Assembly (NCBI GenBank): GCA_963744145.1 | Contig: CAVUSO010000001.1 | Span: 32,001 to 96,000, forward strand | DNA from: an uncultured cyanobacterium | GTDB taxonomy: Bacteria; Cyanobacteriota; Cyanobacteriia; Cyanobacteriales; CAWUOF01 | DNA: 64,000 nt | Direction of reading: 5' to 3' | Part shown: positions 32,219-42,300 of the stretch, piece by piece | Layout: the number at the start of each line of letters is the position of its first letter | Position numbering within the stretch: the first letter of the stretch is position 1 | The notes under the pieces: model-generated | What the model was told of the DNA's origin: nothing | What the model saw: only the letters and a program-made list of their open reading frames with translations | Databases searched by the model: none | Translations under genes and position numbers: made by a program

Positions 32219-32482
32219 CGCTCATTTGATGCTCATTTGATGGGTGTCAATAGGTTTTGGAGAAATATTGTATAAACCATATAAACCCTAGAACAACCTA
32301 ATATCAATGTTTTCACGTCGCACCGTATAATTTTTCTACGCTCATCTATGAAATTTTCTACGCTCACCTATGAAATTTTCTACACTCACCTATGAAATTT
32401 TCTATATTTTCTTTGCTGGTATTATAGAAAATATTCAAGGGTTTAGACATTTTCTATAATTGCTTTTGAGAAAGAAAAATTA
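32219..32482 (-). repeat. ~260-bp non-coding element, copy B, with 3 x 22-bp tandem repeat
   Basis: Inverted homolog of 23478-23728; TTTTCTACGCTCACCTATGAAA-like unit three times at 32332-32397. Confidence 0.8.
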
Positions 32483-32731
32483 AGCTGCTAATGATAGTAA
32501 GTATTTCTGCTGGGTAGTTTTAGTGATTAATTTTAGTAAAAGTCAACTTTCCTGGGGGTGCGATCGCAGGTTAATTTTGTCCGGAGGATTGCAGAAAACC
32601 TAATTGATAACCATAAGCAAAAAAATATACTACCTAGATCAAAAATCTCTAGGTAGTGATATTTAATATTAGTTAGATAGACTGATAACAGCCAGTTCCC
32701 CTCAAGCAACCGAGCTGAACATATCGGAAAT

Positions 32732-35479
32732 TCAAAAGCCAAAGATTAGATCACCTATGGTATTAGTTGGTAATGATGGCAACAATGACGTTAGTGCTGA
32801 TTGGTTAATGGTAAACTGGGTAGAATTGCCGTTTTTAGTGTACTCCACATTGGACATTAGTGCGATATCTTGCTCTTGAGTTAAAGTGATTTGGATATCA
32901 TTGGGAGAAGGTTCCCTAGAAACAGATGCAGGAATACCGACCGAATTATTCAAAGAACCCACAAGCAGATAATTGCTAACCGTATGGTTTAAGCTATCCG
33001 AACTGTGATTTGACTGATCAAAACTGATCCCACTAATAGGTACACCATTAGTGCTACTAGCGATGAGAGTATCCTGATTATTACCATGGAGAATCCCAGA
33101 GATATAAGCGTGGGAATTACTCATACCTGTAAAAGCATCGAATTGCAAATAGGGATCGATCACATCAACGTTAATATCAGTGGGAGAAGAAGATGAGGGT
33201 GTTGATGGAGTTGGTAATGGGGATGGTAATGGGGATGGTAATGGGGATGGGGATGGAGATGGTAATGGGGATGGTAATGGGGATGGAGATGGGGATGGTA
33301 ATGGGGATGGAGATGGTAATGGGGATGGGGATGGAGATGGGGATGGTAATGGGGATGGAGATGGGGATGGTAATGGTAATGGGGATGGAGATGGAGATGG
33401 AGATGGAGATATGATATTATTAAACTCAAAAGCTCCAATATCAATTTTTCCGTCAGTACGTCCTAATCCTCTTTCATCCGTAGTTAGACCACTAACATTT
33501 TGACCAGCATTAATTGCAGGACTACCTGGTAATAATGCTTGAGTCAGAACACCACCACCATTATCTTGTAATGGACCAAGTAGCGGATCAGCAATTAAGA
33601 TAGAAGCGGTGGCATTATTGTCTGTTGGTGTACTAGAAGATGTTAATTTAGCTGGATATTGAATATTACCTCCACCATCAATTAATTCGTTGGTAGTTTC
33701 TTGTTTAATCTGCGAAGGATTACCAGCAGTATTATTATCGAAAATGGTATTTTCGACAGTCACGGGTTGATTATTATTGTTAGCGATCGCTCCTCCAATA
33801 TATCCAGCCTGATTATTGGAAATTGTCGTATTAGTTATATTCGTAGCATTATTACTCTGATTATTTAGAGCAATTGCACCACCGACTCCATTCCCACTAC
33901 CATCATCTGCTTTATTGCCATAAAAAGTAGAATTAGTAATATTTACGGGGGCATTTTCTCCGACTAATAATCCACCACCTTGAGTTAAAGCTGTGTTATT
34001 AGCAATCGTGCTATTTTGGATTGTTAGTTGCGCGTTTCCTTCTCTAATTCCTCCTCCAAGAGCATTTCCATTACTATCTTTAATTACATTATTATTAGTA
34101 ATGGTAGAACCTTGAACCGTAATTTGATCAGCACCATATCCAAATAGAAATGCTCCTCCTCCTTGTCCTCCTCCTTTATTACCATTGATCTGAGTATTAG
34201 TAATAACAATGCTACCTCCCGGTCCATTATTCGGACTGTTCAGACTTGCACCGTCAGTATAGATCGCACCCCCAAATCCTTGACCATAAGCAAGACCTTG
34301 GGTTGAATCGTTATTAGTAAATACAGAACCACTAATATTCAACCCACTTAAAACACTATTAATTGCTCCACCATTGTTACCTTTATTATTAGTAAATGTG
34401 CTATTTGTTATCGTAGTTTGACTACCAGACCAAATGGTAATTGCTCCAGCACCTCGTTCAGTATTTCCTGATGCTTGATTGCCAGTAAATGTACTGTTTG
34501 TAATGGTATTATTAGAGGAATTACCGCAAGTAATAGCACCACCTGATGTCCCCGTATTGTTAATAAATTGACAATTTTGGACAACTAATTTGCCACTACT
34601 TCCTGAATAAATTGCCCCACCATCATTACTATCGCCCTGGTTACTACTATTACCATTAGTAATAGTCATATTGCTAACCGTAAAATTGGTCAGGTCTTGC
34701 ACATTAAAAACGCGGTTAGCATTATTACCATTGAGCGTAACTAATCCACCTCCATCAATAGTAGTGTCATTAGCGATCGTGAGTTGATTACTCAGAGTAA
34801 TAGTAACAGGTGCTCCACCTGTATTAAAGGTAACTGTTCCACCACCTGCTAATGCAGCTCTTAATGCTGCTTCAGTGACACTCGATGCTGTACCATTACC
34901 GACGACACCACCAGCAATAGATTTATACTCTGCTCTAGCTGCTTGAGTAAATGCTAAGGGAGATGTAACTTGACCAATAGTAAATTCTAAATCCCAGTTA
35001 CCACCTTGGTCAGTGCTACCAGTTAAATTAGCAGAAGCAGCGATATTGGTCTGGGTTAATTCACTTAATTTTTGGACAAATGCTGCACCTACTCCTCTGG
35101 CAATTTCACAGCCATATAATAGGATATCGGCACCCTTAACTAGACATTTTTGCCACTGGGTGAAAGCATTGTGGTAAGTAGCTAAAGTATCCCAATTCAG
35201 TTGAGTATTTCCCAGATAGATACATCCAGGACTACCATGGGAAAAAATATGAATAGATGTTAATTTTCCCCACTTAGTAGCAAAGTTTGCCAATTCTTTA
35301 GTAATTTGCTCAATCCCATCTTGGTGACCATCAAGTACAATGACTTCAGTTTCTGGTAAAACTCCTGTAGTAAGAACCTGAATCTCATCGACAGCACCAT
35401 CAATAAAAACTAATCCTCTTGCTTGGGAATTTGGTTGAAAAGATTGAGAATTAGCGTGACTACTATAATAGTTGACCAT
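32732..35479 (-). CDS. DUF4347 + polymorphic beta-helix + choice-of-anchor Q-like domain + Pro/Ser linker protein
   Basis: DUF4347 motifs; GGAI/F..N repeats; LGPLQDNGG...[12 protein letters not shown]...D.RG..R...DIGAFE; (PS/PL)n tract; no RTX. Confidence 0.88.
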   Translation of the reverse strand: MVNYYSSHANSQSFQPNSQARGLVFIDGAVDEIQVLTTGVLPETEVIVLDGHQDGIEQITKELANFATKWGKLTSIHIFSHGSPGCIYLGNTQLNWDTLATYHNAFTQWQKCLVKGADILLYGCEIARGVGAAFVQKLSELTQTNIAASANLTGSTDQGGNWDLEFTIGQVTSPLAFTQAARAEYKSIAGGVVGNGTASSVTEAALRAALAGGGTVTFNTGGAPVTITLSNQLTIANDTTIDGGGLVTLNGNNANRVFNVQDLTNFTVSNMTITNGNSSNQGDSNDGGAIYSGSSGKLVVQNCQFINNTGTSGGAITCGNSSNNTITNSTFTGNQASGNTERGAGAITIWSGSQTTITNSTFTNNKGNNGGAINSVLSGLNISGSVFTNNDSTQGLAYGQGFGGAIYTDGASLNSPNNGPGGSIVITNTQINGNKGGGQGGGAFLFGYGADQITVQGSTITNNNVIKDSNGNALGGGIREGNAQLTIQNSTIANNTALTQGGGLLVGENAPVNITNSTFYGNKADDGSGNGVGGAIALNNQSNNATNITNTTISNNQAGYIGGAIANNNNQPVTVENTIFDNNTAGNPSQIKQETTNELIDGGGNIQYPAKLTSSSTPTDNNATASILIADPLLGPLQDNGGGVLTQALLPGSPAINAGQNVSGLTTDERGLGRTDGKIDIGAFEFNNIISPSPSPSPSPLPLPSPSPSPLPSPSPSPSPLPSPSPLPSPSPSPLPSPLPSPSPSPLPSPLPSPLPTPSTPSSSSPTDINVDVIDPYLQFDAFTGMSNSHAYISGILHGNNQDTLIASSTNGVPISGISFDQSNHSSDSLNHTVSNYLLVGSLNNSVGIPASVSREPSPNDIQITLTQEQDIALMSNVEYTKNGNSTQFTINQSALTSLLPSLPTNTIGDLIFGF
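33203..33410. repeat. Hexamer tandem repeat encoding the Pro/Ser linker
   Basis: Runs of GGGGAT/GGAGAT/GGTAAT on the + strand. Confidence 0.9.
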
Positions 35480-36150
35480 GATCTAAAAACTCCTAAAGGT
35501 AATTTTAGATCCACCCCAATAATGCTTTCTTGACAAATAAAGATAGAGAGAATTGACAGACAAGTTTTAATTTGTATTCTCTATCTGCTCTGGAGATAAA
35601 TTCAGTAAAAAAATCCCAGTCAAAACAAAAATGAGAAGGGTTAACAGATAATGATCTGCACTGAATTTGTCTCAAGTTTTGTCTTTCTACTTCTTTTTAC
35701 AGGTAGAACGGATCTCATCCGGCAACTGATTAATGAGATAATAAATATTGTTATTTATTTTATAAATGAAATAAATTTATTCTACTTAAAGCCTTACTGT
35801 GCAAGACTTAGATGCACTGGCCGCTAAACAAATACACTGGGCAAATTGCGGAATAAAATTACAGCTCAGTTAAAACAATTAAGTGTAATTACGAGCAGAT
35901 AGTGAAATTACGGAAAGACCGTATAATTACGGAAATATCAATCAGTGTAGTAACTAAATACTGAATCCGATCCAGAGTAGATCAGTAAAGCCGGGATGCA
36001 AGAACAGATAAAATCACAGTTGATCTAGTGTTGAGGCAATTTTTAATCCCACTAGCGTCATCAATCTGGTATAATTAGCCAAATCTAGTCTGCTTGCTGT
36101 AGACCCCGATTGCCCAAAGGATTACTCACGCTATAGTAAGGCTATTTTCT

Positions 36151-36483
36151 ATGCACGAGTTGGGAATTACCCATAATATAGTAGCGATCGCGGTTGAACA
36201 TAGTCGAGGAGCTAGGGTCAAACGAGTCTGTCTAGAAATTGGTAAACTGACCGCAATTCTGCCCGATTCGATTCGTTTCTGTTTTGATATCTGTTGTGAG
36301 GGAACTTTACTCGCAGGAGCTAAGTTAGAAATTATCGAAATTCCTGGATTAGCTCGTTGTCGTCATTGTCAAACGGAGATTCCCTTAGAAATACCCTATA
36401 GTATTTGTCCCGCTTGCGATCGGAGTGATTTAGAAATTTTGCAGGGCGAAGAGCTAAAAATTAAGGAACTGGAGATAGAATAA
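36151..36483 (+). CDS. hypA: Hydrogenase nickel metallochaperone HypA
   Basis: MHE start, two CxxC motifs, GEEL.I. Confidence 0.96.
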   Translation: MHELGITHNIVAIAVEHSRGARVKRVCLEIGKLTAILPDSIRFCFDICCEGTLLAGAKLEIIEIPGLARCRHCQTEIPLEIPYSICPACDRSDLEILQGEELKIKELEIE

Positions 36484-36485
36484 TT

Positions 36486-37328
36486 ATGTGCGTAACTTGT
36501 GGCTGTTCAGATGATGCTCATCCTACTATCACTAACTCTCAAACTGGAGAAGTTAGCGAAGTTATGACTCACGAACATACTCATGTTCTCGCTGATGGGA
36601 CAGTGATTTCTCATACCCATCACCCTGAACATAGCGATCGCTCTCATCCCCCAGAACCAGCTCATGTCCACGCCCAAATCCACGGTACAACTATTACCTT
36701 AGAACAAAATATTTTAGCTAAAAATGACTTATTAGCTGCTCAAAATCGCGGTTGGTTTAAAGGACGCAATATTCTAGCACTTAATTTAGTTAGTTCCCCT
36801 GGATCAGGAAAAACTACTTTACTTACCAGGACAATTCAAGATTTACAAAACCAAACCACTATTAGTGTAATTGAAGGAGATCAAGCTACAACTAATGATG
36901 CCGATCGCATTAAAGCAACAGGTTGTCAAGTCATCCAAATTAATACAGGGACAGGTTGTCACCTCGATGCAGAAATGGTAGAAAGAGGATTACAAGCACT
37001 TAATCCTCCCCTCAATTCGATTGTGATGATTGAAAATGTCGGTAACTTAGTCTGTCCAGCTTTATTTGATTTAGGAGAAAGAGCGAAAGTAGTCATTCTC
37101 TCAGTAACCGAAGGAGAAGATAAACCGATTAAATATCCTCAGATGTTTCATGCTAGTCAGGTAATGATTATTAATAAGATTGATCTTTTACCTTATGTAC
37201 AGTTTGATGTTGAGCGTTGTATCGAATATGCACATAAAGTTAACCCTCGGTTACAAATATTTCAGGTATCAGCTACCAAGGGAACTGGGTTAAATAATTG
37301 GTATGATTGGTTATTAAATCCCCATTAA
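36486..37328 (+). CDS. hypB: Hydrogenase nickel incorporation GTPase HypB
   Basis: MCVTCGC, His-rich tract, SSPGSGKT, GCHLDA, ENVGNLVCP, NKID. Confidence 0.97.
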   Translation: MCVTCGCSDDAHPTITNSQTGEVSEVMTHEHTHVLADGTVISHTHHPEHSDRSHPPEPAHVHAQIHGTTITLEQNILAKNDLLAAQNRGWFKGRNILALNLVSSPGSGKTTLLTRTIQDLQNQTTISVIEGDQATTNDADRIKATGCQVIQINTGTGCHLDAEMVERGLQALNPPLNSIVMIENVGNLVCPALFDLGERAKVVILSVTEGEDKPIKYPQMFHASQVMIINKIDLLPYVQFDVERCIEYAHKVNPRLQIFQVSATKGTGLNNWYDWLLNPH

Positions 37329-37384
37329 ATCGCAAATCTATAATTCATGTTCAAATTAATTAATCTCTCAAAGGATGGGTAAAA

Positions 37385-38149
37385 ATGAGCAAGTTAATGT
37401 TTGCATTACTAATAATATTGTCTATGAAGATATTCGGACTTGGTTTAATTAAGCAAGTTGCTCATCCTCTTACCATTGATGACAAGAATAACTATCTAAA
37501 TAGTAAGACAAATCGGAGTAATTATACAGCAGATGATAGAATAGTCGATAACATCATCAATAGTAATTATCAAATAGAATCCAGTACCTACACAGATCGG
37601 GGTATTAAAATAGATTATCCCAAAATAACTAATCTCAACAATGATGAGCTAGAACAAAAAATTAATCAGTTAATAAGTCAAGATGTGTTAAAAGTCTTAG
37701 ATCGGGTCTATGGTAATAACTTAGATGAGCTAGATTTATCATTAAAATATGAAGTTACTTATCAGGGGTCTGATATGATAAGTATAAAGTATTTAGGACT
37801 TGGTTATGTTAAAGGTGCTGCGCATCCTAATAATATCATTTATACCACAACTATAGATTTCAACAAACAAAAGGTATTAGCTTTAAATGAAATAATACCG
37901 ATCGATGATACTTTTGTAATAAAATTTAATAATGGTAAATTCCTCTCCGTTAATTCAGCAGCTTTAGAATATGCGATTAAGGATACTAAGCGGGACTTCA
38001 ATGCTGAACGTATTAAGGAATACTTTAGTAAAGATAGCGCAATTTATTATGTCACAGCAAATTCCCTAGTTGTCAGTAACTATGAACTTTCTCACGCGAT
38101 CGGAGATCATGTGGAAGTTGAGTTAGATTATCAAGTTGTAAATAAGTAA
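37385..38149 (+). CDS. DUF4163/PdaC-like exported protein
   Basis: IDYPKI.N......KIN, YEVTY....ISI...G.....GAAHPN, HAIGD. Confidence 0.7.
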   Translation: MSKLMFALLIILSMKIFGLGLIKQVAHPLTIDDKNNYLNSKTNRSNYTADDRIVDNIINSNYQIESSTYTDRGIKIDYPKITNLNNDELEQKINQLISQDVLKVLDRVYGNNLDELDLSLKYEVTYQGSDMISIKYLGLGYVKGAAHPNNIIYTTTIDFNKQKVLALNEIIPIDDTFVIKFNNGKFLSVNSAALEYAIKDTKRDFNAERIKEYFSKDSAIYYVTANSLVVSNYELSHAIGDHVEVELDYQVVNK

Positions 38150-38279
38150 TTGATCTCAGGAATTGGCGCATTTATTAATAGTGCGATCGCGAAAATTAAC
38201 TTGTAGAATCTCTTGATTTGTTTATGATAATTATAGCGATCGCTTGCTGGCTTTTATCCGACCGATGCTAAGGGCAATT

Positions 38280-38702
38280 TTAGTTAGCCTTGACGTAGAT
38301 CAAAGACCCATCAGGACTATCAATGATCAGTTCTTGATCGGTGATATTATAGGACGTAGCTGATTCTAATGCGCGGAAATATTTTTCCTCCTGCCCCAGA
38401 TCTAGGTTTGAGCAGAACATTTTTGTTGAGGATATACCTGAAAATTTGATTGAGTATATACTAAAACTAAAAGAGGCAAAGTATCGGTTGCAACCTGCGC
38501 TACCCGAAACTGTTGGATCGGAGGAAGTATCAAATTTAGCCGTAATTTGAGTAGATGGCAAAACTGGACTTCCTTCTAAGGATTTAAGCCGCCAACTACC
38601 TTGGAGTTCTGCTGCGTAACTGGGGCTAGTAAGTGCTAAAATCAAGCTACATACTGCGAGGGTCAAAATGATAGCCTTGCGAATAAATTTAAAACTTTTC
38701 AT
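38280..38702 (-). CDS. META domain (HslJ-like) protein with signal peptide
   Basis: W.L..L.G, VSGSAGCNRY, STKMFC. Confidence 0.88.
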   Translation of the reverse strand: MKSFKFIRKAIILTLAVCSLILALTSPSYAAELQGSWRLKSLEGSPVLPSTQITAKFDTSSDPTVSGSAGCNRYFASFSFSIYSIKFSGISSTKMFCSNLDLGQEEKYFRALESATSYNITDQELIIDSPDGSLIYVKAN

Positions 38703-39310
38703 TGTTTGATTTTACCTTTACGGAGTGACCAGAGCGGCAAAAGTTATGCTCTGGAATAATTTGGGGGTTATATGACATAAAATTGGTAGGGGCAGTTTCA
38801 CCAATCAATTCTGTCACCAACAGATAACTATTATAAACCTGCCCTGGCCTAACAGATTAACCTCAGATTAAGTGCAATTTCATGTGATTGGTATTAAATT
38901 TACTAATATAATAGGTCTAGTAAAAGCTCTCGATCGATATCGGGAAGAGTGGTAAACCTATTATAGGAAGATAAAACTCGGGATTCTCCGATTTGAATAC
39001 TGGGCGATCGCGCTTGATTTCCTCTTGCCCATAATAATCCATAAATTACTGGAAAAATGAGATAATACTTGGTTTAAATTAATCAGATTTAGTAATAATT
39101 TATCAGTTTCTGAATTACTTCCTGGGCACAATATTCTGGCGTTAATCGCATTCATTACTGGATGATTAAGGCTAGTTGTGAGCGATCGCTATTCTAACTG
39201 CTAGTTTGGCCTGATGAGTTGGATAGTTACCACGGGATATTTTCCAAAAATTTATTGAGGGAGCAGCATTTATTGTAAAATTAATCTCTATAAATATTTT
39301 AAACATTCCT

Positions 39311-42300
39311 ATGAGTGATTCTCAAGTCCCAAAGACCCAATTTTATGACGCCTTTATTTCCTATGGTCGGGCCGATAGTAAGGCTTTTGCTGCCAAACTG
39401 AAAGAACGACTACAGAGTCAAAATCTTGAAGTTTGGTTGGATCTTGAGGAAATTCCCTTCGGGGTTGATTTTCAAAATCAAATAAATGATGGGATCACCA
39501 AAGCTGATAACTTTTTGTTTCTAATTTCGCCCCATTCCGTCAATTCTGCCTATTGTCGCAAAGAAATTGACCTAGCGATCGAATTAAACAAACGAATATA
39601 TCCCATCTGGCACGTTGCGGAAATTGATCAGGAAACGTGGCAAGAACGTAATCCTGGTAAATCTGAAGCTGAATGGCTGAGGTATAAGGAAACGGGACAA
39701 CATTCTACTGTTCCCGGTAAAAATCCCAATATGCACCCTAAAATCGGCGAAATTAATTGGCTCCCTGGTGAAAAAGATAAACAAAGAGATGGTGAAAAAA
39801 GGGATGATTTTGAGGAGAGATTGTTCACATTATTAGATACCGAATTAATAAATATAGTGCGTCGCCATCAAGACTATGTGCGACAACATACAGTTTTGTT
39901 GAATCAAGCTCTTTACTGGAAAGATCAGCAGAAACAAACTCGTTATTTATTAATTGGAGAAGAACGGCAAAAAGCCGAAAAATGGTTAAAAGAGAGAAAA
40001 GAGAGGTTTAAGGAAAAAAAACTAGCGCCCGGCGAACCTACATTGCTGCATTGTGAGTTTATTTGCGAGAGTATCAAGAATGCGAATAACTTGATGACTC
40101 AGGTGTTTCTCTCCTATGCGGAAGTTGATATTTCTACAATGCTTCAAGTTAGAGAGATCCTGTTACGAGAAAGTATTACAGTTTGGACAAATCAGACAGA
40201 TATTCAAACTGGAGAAGTATTTGAGGAGGCAATAGAGCGGGGAATTGAACAAGCGGATAACATTGTCTATTTGATTTCGATCGACGCACTAACATCTTAT
40301 TACTGTCAGAAAGAAATTGACTATGCTCTCTCGTTGAATAAAAGGATTATTCCTTTGTTAATTAAACCAACAGATTTAGAACAAATTCCATCAGTAATTA
40401 GAGGATTACAATTTATTGACTTTACTGATAATCAGACCGAGGCAGATTTACGTCAAGACTTGGATGATTTGCTTAACGTTTTACGAGAAGAGGAGAGTTA
40501 TTACGAAGAACATAAAATGCTGTTAAGCAAGGCGTTGAAATGGGAAGAACAGAAACGCAACCCGAGTATTTTATTACGGGGTTACAATTTGCGCCATGCA
40601 GAAACTTGGTTGAAGGGAGCGGAACGGAAAACTCAACATCAGCCAACAACCTTACAGAAAGAGTTTATTAATGAAAGTTTGCGCCAACCACCTGCCGCAT
40701 CTCTAGACCTATTTATTTCCTATTCAAGATCAGATTCCGATCTAGCCCGTGCATTAAATGATGAGTTGCAGATCCGAGGGAAGACAACTTGGTTTGACCA
40801 AGAGAGTATCGCTTCAGGAGCAGATTTTCAGAAAGAGATTTATGCGGGAATTGAGAGTGCTGATAATTTTCTATTTATTTTGTCCCCGCGTTCTATTAAT
40901 TCGACCTACTGTGCTGATGAGGTGGAATATGCAGCTAAACTTAACAAACGATTTATTACGATCTTACATCAAGATGTGAATACTATTGAATTACATCCAG
41001 AGTTAGCTAAGGTGCAGTGGATTGATTTTCGGCAAAAAGAAGGGGAATTTTCTGCTAATGTTAATCAATTATTAAGAACCTTAGACACTGACCGAGAATA
41101 TATTCAAAATCATACTAAATGGCTACGTCGGGCGATCGAATGGGAAAACCAAGGTAAGAATAATGATTTGCTGCTCAGAGGTAGTGAGTTGGCGATCGCA
41201 GATGACTGGTTGAAGCAAGCAAATCAAGGCAAAAAGCAACCCCAAGTCACGGAATTGCAAACCAACTTTATTGAATCTAGTCGCAATGCGATCGAAGCGA
41301 TCGCTAAACAGGAAAAACAGCAACAGGCTAAAGCTCAGGCACAATATGCTTTATCTCTATTACATCCAAGGGAAGACAAATTGGATGCTTTAATTACCGC
41401 CATTAAGGCTGCCAAGATTATTCAAAAAGAAAATATATCTGAAATAGCGGTGACAGCAGCTTTGGCAAACTCAGTTTTTGATGTTAAGGAACACAACCGT
41501 TTGGTAAACCATCGTGATGGGGTCTTGAGCGTAAGTTTCAGCCCTGATCGTCAAACCTTGGTCTCCAGTAGTTTTGACAAGACGATTAAACTATGGGATG
41601 TCAAGACAGGGCAGGCACTTCGCACTTTTTCTGGCCATAGTAATGCGGTCCATAGCGTAGGTTTCAGCCCCGATGGTCAAACCTTGGCCTCCGGTAGTGC
41701 AGACAAGACGATCAAACTATGGGATGTCAAAACAGGGCAGGCACTTCTCACTCTTTCTGGTCATAGTGATTGTGTCTATAGCGTAGGTTTCAGCCCCGAT
41801 GGTCAAACTTTGGCCTCCGGTAGTGCAGACAAGACGATCAAACTATGGGATGTCAAGACAGGACAGGAACTTCGCACTCTCTCTGGCCATAGTAATTCGG
41901 TCTTTAGCGTAAGTTTCAGTCCCGATGGTCAAACCTTGGCCTCCGGTAGTAGAGACAAGACGATCAAACTATGGGATGTTAAGACAGTTCAGACACTTCG
42001 CCCTCTGATGTTGCTGATTCAAAATATGAATCGATGGCTAAAACCCTCAATGGCTACAAAATTAGGCCAAATCATCCGATCATTCAGCAACACCCGCACT
42101 CTCTCTGGCCATAGTAATTCGGTCTTTAGCGTAAGTTTCAGTCCCGATGGTCATACCTTGGCCTCCGGTAGTGCAGACAAGACGATCAAACTATGGGAGG
42201 TAAAGACAGGTCAGGCACTTCACACTCTCTCTGGTCATAGTGAACAGGTCTTGAGCGTAAGTTTCAGCCCCGATGGTCAAACCTTGGTCTCTGGTAGTTG

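Noticed and set aside
32332-32397. CRISPR array
   Set aside because: The 22-bp repeats are contiguous, without spacers, and no cas genes are nearby.
33160-33503. His/Pro-, Gly/Asp- and Met/Gly-rich ORFs
   Set aside because: Alternative frames of the hexamer microsatellite inside the real minus-strand gene.
35480-36150. Riboswitch (c-di-GMP-I) in the long leader
   Set aside because: Only a GGGCAAA fragment was seen, without the rest of the consensus fold; an Rfam scan would be needed.
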